From: Catajapyx aquilonaris
Taxonomy: Eukaryota
NCBI GenBank assembly: GCA_000934665.2
Contig: KZ537978.1
Coordinates: forward strand, 124,001 to 185,481
DNA length: 61,481 nt
Reading direction: 5' to 3'
Shown here piece after piece: positions 52,201 through 61,481 of the stretch. Below the pieces are notes generated by a model, which was not told the DNA's origin, searched no databases, and was given only the letters and a program-made list of their open reading frames with translations. How positions within the stretch are numbered: position 1 is the first letter of the stretch; every line of letters begins with the position of its first letter. The position numbers and the translations under genes were made by a program.

Positions 52201-55200
52201 AAGCGCAGCCAAGAGAATTTTAGTTCCGAGAGCAAGGAGGCTAGTTTGTTGGCGCCACATGTCCCCTTTCATCAAGCTTTTTCAAGATGTAGATTATAGC
52301 CCTAAGCCTCCGCCCTCTCCTGGCAATCGTGTTTTTAATGGGAATGTAGCCTATGCGGAATGTAAGGGGATTACCTAGATGCGTAACTTTCATCTCTGGA
52401 AATGAAAAAGCCGAGAATTTGAATGGGTGGTATCAAATCTGAAAGTCTCAACCGACATCTGTTCTAATAAAATGCCTCTGTTTTTGCGTAGGCAGGCCTA
52501 AAACCTCCCAAAAAGACTGGGGATTGTGCTTAGGCTATAGCAGCTAGCGTCATGTCAGTTTAACTCAGCTACCGTATGCATTTTGGAAATTAATGCGGTC
52601 ACACTCATTAGTACATCCTAACGATTTGATGCTTCGTGTTTGCAAAGTACAGTCTCATTAGCACCGCTGCTCTATGATGAATCGTAGGCTCTTGAATTAA
52701 TTGATGTTGACATACCGTACGTCAACCTACGTTATCGACACGAGATTATCCCGCATTGTTTCCAGCTATCAATGACAACATCCACAGTGTCTAGTGTTTC
52801 TACTAGTAGCTGCAAATCTTGACAATGCGGCAGTCGAGTTTATCCCACCCCATCTACCTACTACGACACACTCTGGGACCCATCCACGGAATGGAAAGGG
52901 ATATTTATAAAGCAATTTGCCAGGCTGTGCCTACGAGTAGCGGTACTGTGTTTACCGAGTTCATGAGAAGGGGCCATGGGTGCAGGGAGCAGATGGCGGG
53001 ATTAATGAAGTGGAAAGAAAATGGCAACTTTGCTGCTCTTCCAATTTCGTCCAAGGCTGGCCAAGTTAGTCAACCGAACCTAGATTTTGTTGTTGAAAGC
53101 CGTCTGCACCCTTTCTGCGTTGTTATCATGCTACAAAAAGGTGCAATCGATATGACGTACTGGACAATGAGGACGTGTCGTCGACGAGGCGGATGTAATC
53201 CCCCCTCCCCCTGCCACCATGTTACAATGGCCATATCAAATGGATGAGACAAGCAGCCTAATATTAAACCCGCAGGACTCTGTAGTCGCCATGTGGGACG
53301 CCACCAGCAGATGACAGCATCATCGACGACTGTCATTTGTTACCCGCAACCGTTAATTGAGTCAACTCAGTTCAGCTCTGGCGTGCCTTTTCCATGCATA
53401 GCCATCCCCCCCATCTGGGAACGGAGAAACGGGCCTTTTTCTCACTTTTTTTGGAAAGGCAATTTCTCTTTTCATTATTGGGAGTTTAATGGTGAGTTAG
53501 GGTCTCCAGGTGACGAGGCTCCCTGAAAGGGAATGAAGTCATTCAAGGTTTCAGACGACGGCCAAGCTGCCTAGTGCAGCCCAACCAGATGTGTCCAACT
53601 TTTCCTAGTACGGATTCTTGCCCTCGCTTTTTTGATTTTTTTCCCTCTTTTCTTTCTAGAAATCCCCGTTCCCCTTGCTTCCATTCTTACATTCTGAACA
53701 TATCGCTCCGATTCCCGGAAAGCAAAAAGATTACTGTTATTGACGGCTGCGACGTCTCAGAAGTCTCTCGCCATCGCAAATTAGATTATTTTCAAGAGCG
53801 CCGTTGCAGTACATGACAAGTTTCACATTCGCACGTCTTTTTCAAGTTTTGACGTCCACAATTTTCCCCCTGGCATGGAGAACTTTGGATACCACGCAGT
53901 ACTTTTGACGTGGGGAACTTTTCTTTTTAATATTCAATGACGAATATGCTATTTATAACACTAAAACCGCATGCCAGTTTCATATATTTTATATACTGTA
54001 TAATGCGGTAGAGCTAAATCCCATGCTATTATCATGCATTGCAATAATTAATATTGACGAATCTAGGCCACGAATAATCATGCCATTGATTTGACATGCC
54101 TAATGCATATTATAATGGACTTTCGGTTTTCAGCGCAACTTTTGAATATCACAGCCATCTCTGCGAGTCCGATTTTCTGACTCGCACAATGAACTTTGGC
54201 GAGCGAGGCACTGATCCAGAAGCTTTAAAAATTTAGCTGCGAAATCAATATTGTGCAAAAATTGAAATCAATGATTTAGGACCCGGCGTGTTTCATCCAT
54301 TTCATCCTTTCGGAGCACCCCTGGCATCACATTAGGTGATTTACATGTGAAAGTTGCTGCGACGTACCACACATTTAATGAACAATTTCCTGAAACTTTG
54401 AATTACATAATTTTATTATTTAAACATCACGATGATCATTTTGTATACCACATGTTAGATTGAAACGATTTGAATGTGTGAAGCAAGTGCACCTAAGGCA
54501 GAATAGGTTGGGCAATACCCATCTGACTTGGTAGCTGCAGGTGCTGTGAGGCTGTAGCGGCGCCGAGCCCAGACATCCCTTCGGGCAGCGAAACCCCATC
54601 CTAGCATGCGATATGGCACATTTGCAGGCGAGGTAGCCGGTGAATTGGCCATCTCCTTCCGCTGCCCTGCCCTCAAATGAAGCGTGTAAAGCTTATCTTG
54701 CTCCCGGAACCTGCTTTTCGGGCAGGACCTTCCCGGACATATCCGTGCTGGAGTCCAGCATAGAGCTCACCTCATCTCCACCGACGCTGGGATACAGGCT
54801 CCCAAAAGAGTCCGCAAATGGAACTTATCTTGCGATGGAGGCCGGAGGACGTGGATCGGAGCCGCCTCCTTCGCCAAACCACTTCCCATGATCCTTGATG
54901 GCCAACGTGGGCCCTTTCCCCTGGAAGAAATATTCCTTTCCGAACTGGACCGCTCCATTGCACCTGGGAATCCATTGCATTCGGATCAAAATGACTGCTA
55001 ATGCCGGCTGGGCTGCTCCCCAATAATGGAAATCCCGTTAAAGATGTAGGAAATAAACATGGCCAGATCAATAATGCACGGCACTAAATATTAAAATGCT
55101 CATAAAAGGACATGCTCGTGCTTGATGTGTTTACCGAGAGGTAATAACAACGTTTTATTTCGTTTGCCAACGCGTAGAGAATGTCAATAACTCCAAGTGT

Positions 55201-56575
55201 GATTTGGGACGTTATAAGTGCGGCGTTATACTGTATATACTGCATGCAGGAGAGGAGACAACACAGCTGCACTATAATCTACCTGACAACTGAAGTATAT
55301 ATTTTTCTCATCTTTTACGGATTTATTTTGCAAAAATGTTGTGAGCATAAGGGCAAACTACACGTCATTTACCTTCACTTGAGAAGGCTAAACTATAGAG
55401 TGCTGCGTGACTGTATGATATCAAAGAAACCGGAAATATTCGTGATGGATTAACGATCTAAAGAATAATTTATTCATACTTATAGAAAGTTAGACTTTTC
55501 AACTGGTTTTTTCGCCTTTACATCAAAGAGGTAACAAATCGTTCAAGAAGGTAAAATTCTTTCCATGTAACCTTCAACAAGGCAGGGATTTATCTTTTCA
55601 TTTCACTAACTTTATTGGGGAACGAGCTTACTTTCTATATTAACCGTTATTTTGCAAATTCAGTATAGATAAATACCATATAAAGGGCAAGTATAATTTT
55701 ATACTAGTTACAGAGCCAATTTTTGAGCAAGCAGCCATAGTTTTTTTTGTACCTAGTAATTGCCGACTGAGTTTTAAGAGCGAGATCGGTGCAATGAAAC
55801 CGGTCGTAAATCTTGTAGCAGTGTTGAAAATGACGATCAGATATGGCCCGAAGCCATGAAAGTGCTCAAACATGAAATTGACGAAACTAATTTTCCCATC
55901 TAGGATTCACTTCAAACCCACCCTTGAGGCAACTCTCGCTTAACATCGCTTCGAATCCGCAAAGTTGGCCACACGGAGCCTTCCGTTTTGGAAATTCTTT
56001 CTGCCAGCCAATATTTATGCTAAAATTACGGCTCACATGTCCGCCCGCCTTTCATACAATTTGGCCCGCCTTTACCAACTCCAAAATAAGCCGAGCAGAA
56101 GCTTTTACAGCGTGGTCCATGCCGCTGATGAGTAGAATTAGGAAGACTTGCACCGACAAAGTTGGCAGGGACGGCCGGGAATATAAAACAGCTTCAAGGC
56201 TTGTCATATACCTAGACTCTGTGCCACGGTCGTTTCGAGAAAAACAAGATGAAATAGCGGAACATATAAAATATTTGGGGAAAATCGACTCACTTTTTAA
56301 CCTCGATTTTCAGGGAACTCAAGCTGGAGAGAAGCCGATTAGTCAGATCCCCTTTTAGCATTTATTAGCAAATGGAAGGTTAAGTTCCAGCGACAAAATC
56401 GTAGTATTATTTCAGGCTGTAACTTCCATTTGCGATCGTTTTACTGAAGTACATACTGCAAGGTCATGTGACAAAGATGTCCCGGAACCTATGTTATATT
56501 TGTGAATGTTTGTTTTCAATGCAAATCAATACATGGACAATATTTAGAAATGTCCAAGAATATTTAGTAGGAGTA

Positions 56576-56928
56576 TTTTTTTATTTTTATTTTTAAATTA
56601 CCCCGTGCCAGGCATCAATGGCCTATTTGGGGGGTGGCACACCACCATCAGTTTTCTCTGTCATTTTTCTTCAGTCACCGGTGCAAGGAGTCAAGGATGT
56701 AGGGTAGGGATAGGGATTTTTGGGGAGGGAACATGGGGTGCAAGTGCAATGTCTACAACATGGGTCATGTGCTGTCCCCCAGGAGGCTAGGTTGCCAGAC
56801 ACCTCCTTGGTGCAGGTCAGAGACCCTCCCGACGCAGGTGAAAGGAAAGTTCCCCAGGCGGGGATCGACCCTGGGGCCTTTCACTCAGCAAGCCGTGACG
56901 TTACCATCACGGCCACCACACCTCCCCC
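56576..56928 (-). mobile_element. tRNA-derived SINE, family A, with 14-bp TSD
   Basis: The reverse complement matches the 38405 copy almost exactly over the first ~135 nt. T-rich tail on the + strand at 56576-56595. Exact ATTTAGTAGGAGTA at 56562-56575 and 56929-56942. Confidence 0.95.
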
Positions 56929-57474
56929 ATTTAGTAGGAGTAATGCTTGATAGAGAAAGTCATGGGTACATCTACCTCCGAGGTTATCAGAAGTAGCAGT
57001 CTGAGGGAAAATACGAGTAGTATGAGATAATTAGAAGATTGATTGTTGAGCAATATCAGGTTTCGTTAAACACTGCCATGGAAGTGTGATGCAGCATCAG
57101 GGGGTGCAATTTTTAAATGACATTCAAAAGCCCTTGTTGGTTCCAAAAGTGGGGGTACGACGTACGAGTGACATAATATTGGCTTTCTAGGTCATCTGAG
57201 GACACTACCAAGTGCCATAAGTTGAGTGCTTTATTATTCCAGCAACTTCAGGTACCGGTATCCTGCTAGTTATTACATCAAATAATGGAGATGTGTCGTA
57301 AATTTGCTCTTACATAATATCGAAATTAACGATTAAAAATGACTTGATATAATTATGTATAACAATCAGGTTGGAAACGTTCATTACTCATTTACAGAGC
57401 CATGAATATGAAACATAATAGGCCATCAAGCCCTGCTAGTATCCCATAGGCGATTGACATGATGTTTACACAGA

Positions 57475-57516
57475 AAATACTATATAATGCATGCGTAAAT
57501 ACTATATAATGCATGC
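57475..57516. repeat. 20-bp direct duplication separated by GT
   Basis: AAATACTATATAATGCATGC at 57475-57494 and 57497-57516. Confidence 0.9.
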
Positions 57517-60500
57517 AATAACATTAGGGTGAATAAAATGAATCCCTTCGTGGCTTGTGCTTGATATTGCATTCACCTAGCGCGACAATATCGCAGATGC
57601 CCAAAAAACTTCTCGGCGAATATTCCTTGCCATGCTGTAAGCGTCAGGACTCCAGCTGAGAGAACCACACCTTCACTTGGCTGAATTACTGACTGGTTTT
57701 AAACTATTTAAAGCATCAAGATGTGTTTGGCCGAAACTATTTTTGACATAGTATATAATCACTAATATGTTGCGTTATTTTTATATACAGCCACTGAATT
57801 GCATTGCATTCCTCCCCTTCATGATAATTATGAGAAATGTCAGGAGTGCATGTGCAGAACCGTGACAAGTTCAGATTCCACATGGTACGATACATCCAGT
57901 CGGTTTAACACGGAAAAGGGGCGAATTTCATATCAGTGTTGTCAGGAGACCTGATGACAAATGTAGTGCAGGTTTAAAAGACTGTTTATGTAGGCATACT
58001 AAGTCTGACACGCAAGGCAGGAAAACGTCAAGCATTTGTGCACGAGGCCACTCAGATCGGACACTCGTATTTATGACAGATTAGGTATGGCGTACGTTAA
58101 CAACACACCGCCATTCATTATCTTCGCAGCTGCCTCTGTGCCCACGCTATGTCACTGAGGGCTATGGATCGCATTAGAATGCTGGCGTAATATACGAGGC
58201 AGGAAGATTCTATACTTCTAGTTCACATCGTGCAATGTAAATGTATACTACAGTATTTAAAGAAAAGGTGAAGTGGTCTTTTCTCTCAAGAATTCTCCAT
58301 ACATGTACAGTACATCACGGATCAGATGTGTTCAACTACTAGATAGTCAATTGGCAACCTGTTAAACTATCTTGGAAATTCAAAAATATTTCCGTGCGTG
58401 ACGTGTCATATTCATCATGTTGTAGGCTTCATCTTGTTACATGAAACGTTCTATACTGTATAGGGACGACCTGGTGCAAACTCTATATACGCACTCCACA
58501 TTACCATTATATACAGTACTGTGGGTATGACATAATTGTCCTATGCAGCAATTGGCGGTACTTGGAACTGCCATATTCATCGATCAAAGAGTTAGCTGTG
58601 GTTTCCGCTATTCTTAAATGACTGAATGCAAGATAGCAAGTTGTTAAAACTGATTATGCCCCTTAAATTGTTATAGCCACTTATTTCTGTGCATTTATTT
58701 ACATGATATTTTTATACCCCCAAAACAACACATACCGTACACTTTAAAAAATTCCGTTTCCCTGAAAAAAGTAAGCTCTGAATATGTCTTAATAGCTCCA
58801 AAAGATCGATGTTGCTGTTTCAACAAAGTTGTATACAGTGTTGGAAATAATATTGCACAATCAATTTGCACTGCATAGAGTCTGACTGAAACAAGACTCT
58901 GCAACCTGTTGGAAATTCCTTTTTTACTTTCATGCTCACTAAAAACGACACATCATATTAAACATTTTCAGATAAAGGGGTAGTCATGTAGAGGGAAAAC
59001 TACTTCAAAATCATATTTCAATAATATCACTCTTCAAAGGAGTTTGACACATCGTCTAATTTTTGTTAAAATCATAAAATAATGCGTAGGTGTCGGGAAG
59101 ATTTCGTTAATCTACAGTTTATGACCTTGTCATATTAGGCCTAATATAAAATCATTAATTTATAACAGCATATCAATTTCACCAGTACCGTGACCAGCAC
59201 TCTCTTGAATTACACATCAGCCTACATATCATATACACCGCATAAACCTGAGGAGCTGCTCTCATAAAACACTAGCTGCTCTCTGCTGCGCTTCAAGTGC
59301 GGGTCTGTGAAGTGCATGTGAGACCACCTAATATTTTTTTCATATATATGCAGGATTCCACAGCCACTAACACATGGCTCTTGATCATTTTTTTGGGAGG
59401 GCCTCACACTCGTTTCCTGCATTACCATAATGGATACGGGCCCGGTTGTCTGTATGCAACATCATCGCACTTATTTGCTCCCAATTCCCTCCGCAAGCCA
59501 GATGAAGGTGGAGACAAAGAAAAGGAAAAGGGAGAGAGAGAGAAAAAAAAAGTCTGGAATGTGTGTGACGGAAAAAAAGAGGTTTGTGTTTGTTGAAGAG
59601 GCAAGGCAGAGGCCCTGGGGGAAGATATGGATGCCCCGTGCAAGGAATTCTTTTCACAGGAGGCCTAGCTAGCTCTTCCTCTGCTACTCTCCTTTGCCGT
59701 CGGCCATTTGCATAGTGTGCGCGCCATGTTCCGCATGCAAAATGCATCCGGTGGATATCGGCTGCCTTGGCATGCCCGCAACTCCCTTTTCCTTCCGGTT
59801 CGCCGGAAAAAATAACCGTCAGACTACTTTTTCCCCATCCACTCCGACGACAGAAAAGGGGGTCATTTTCACCAGCGGGATACATTCAGGAAGGGTTATT
59901 TTCTGGGCTGTGATTTAGGTATAAGGTAGGGTGCTGCTGGGGAGAGTAACAAAAAAAAAATAGGATCAATTTGAGCGCGATGTCATTAGTTGAAAGCGGA
60001 GAGGTCATTTCTGGCTCCGAATTTGCCCAAAAATGGGCCTGAATAGAAATTCCCTCATCATGATGTCAAACCGGCAGGATTGGAACCGAACGTGCAACAA
60101 TATGGGAATGCTTTACTGCGAAGTCGAGCTGCTGGCTATAGAGTATATAGTCAGTAGACAGTGCTTGTGCGCAGATACCTTCACAGTAATTCCCCCAACG
60201 CGGAAAATTTTCCTTGTGTTTACAGGACCACAAAGCCGGACTGTTCTGGATGTGCCTGAAGCCCTTTTAGATGGGACCTACCTAAAAAGTGCCAGGCTTA
60301 AAGTACACTATTTGAGCGCGTCAACTTGGAGTGAAATAAATTACTTGACTGGCTGTGTGGGAAATCGATTTAGGACTTGAGTACAAGTAAAGCCACAGAA
60401 TTGTGTTGATTGCTCTGGCACCAGCAGGCTCTATGCAACCCTCCACAAGCGAAAGGCTTTCAAACGGGATGGAACAATACGAAAAGTTTCAACCTCAGTG

Positions 60501-61481
60501 TTGTAACTACACTGGCAGAGTTCAAAGTCGGTGTGAAGCATTAGCGTTTGTTGGTAATCCTAGTCCATAAAAGCAAAGTTACTCTCCCGCCTGAAAGTGG
60601 CGCATAGTTTTAGTTTACGTGTATAATCCGACTCAAAAGCGCCACCATAGGTCAACAAAATGGTCAAGCTGGACCCCCTCCCTCCCCCCTACAACTTGGT
60701 TCAGAGTTTGCATAACCACCCTCTTGAGTAACGTCAGTAATTATATCAGTGTACACAAGTTATGTGCTAGAGGTTTCGGATTCATTGTTGGGGAAACTAT
60801 GGTGTTCATTAACCAGGCGCGGCGTGGTGACAACTCTCTCATTAGCACGAGCAGCGCCCCCTCAAAATCGCTTCACATCCGCCCCCCTTATCGGCCCTTA
60901 TACTCGCGCCCCCTTGCTCCCGAATTATGGCTTTCCCCATCCTTTCGCTTATCTCCACACCAGGGGGAAACTCTATTTAAGCACACCATCCATATTTACA
61001 AGTTCATTTTTACGTGACTGCCTACTCGACCGGCTCAGTTCTTTGTCCGTGTTATGATGCTTGTGTATACGTGTATACGCCAGCCTGCCGGTTCATTGCT
61101 ATCAACAGTTCCACTTCAGCAGGGGTTCGAGGCCATTCGCGTCAATTATGCAAGCCAAAGGACACTTTTACGGCAGATGGCTCAGGTACAATCGTCAACG
61201 AATACGCTGCCATAAATGAAGGTGCGCAGTTTTTAGCAGGTCAAGTTTCATAGCGTATTGAAATGGCGATGTCTGCCTATAGAGGCGCCTTCTTCCAAAA
61301 CCCGATAAATCCAAGATAAATGGTTCCGAGATAATTGAGAAAAAGCTGTGGCGCCGAAGCTAATTAATATTACAAGACCGGCCGAAGTCCATCTGCTACA
61401 TATGTGGATGCTGCGTATGATGAGCTTTTACACGAAAATGATCAACATCGTCAAGTCGTAGTTTCAGGAATAGTCGTTGTG

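Noticed and set aside
54147..54168. TATCACAGCCATCTCTGCGAGT resembling miR-2/miR-13 family mature sequence
   Set aside because: This family matures from the 3' arm, but the upstream sequence is not complementary. The only local stem (TGCGAGTC/GACTCGCA) pairs downstream and is too short for a pre-miRNA.
1..61481. The six-frame ORF track as real genes
   Set aside because: All ORFs are under 200 aa, many use GTG/TTG starts, they overlap on both strands, and many encode microsatellite-derived runs. None resembles a protein family I recognise. Small spliced exons cannot be excluded.

Overview
This window looks like non-coding animal (probably invertebrate metazoan) genomic DNA from a gapped draft assembly, not prokaryotic sequence. 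None of the ORFs resembles a protein I recognise, and many are microsatellite or SINE artefacts. I found no CRISPR array, rRNA or intact tRNA. The supportable content is mobile and repeat DNA: (1) four copies of one tRNA-headed SINE family, two with exact 14-16 bp TSDs; (2) one tRNA-headed SINE carrying a V-SINE-like central domain; (3) non-autonomous DNA transposons (MITEs), including two hAT-type elements with exact 8-bp TSDs, one TA-flanked Tc1/mariner-type, one long-TIR element with a 10-bp TSD, and two fold-backs; (4) microsatellites, three N gaps and a 388-bp duplication across an N that is probably an assembly artefact. Two observations stand out. First, two unrelated loci (16085-16198 and 40489-40600) share the same odd architecture of two abutting, loop-less, perfect or near-perfect 52-64 bp palindromes. 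Second, the SINE copies show compensatory base changes in three stems and a hypervariable but always pairable 3' hairpin, which points to selection on RNA structure. Recurring GC-richer, purine/pyrimidine-skewed islands suggest a large intronic or intergenic regulatory landscape, but this is inference. I cannot support a claim of a new multi-gene system from this sequence.
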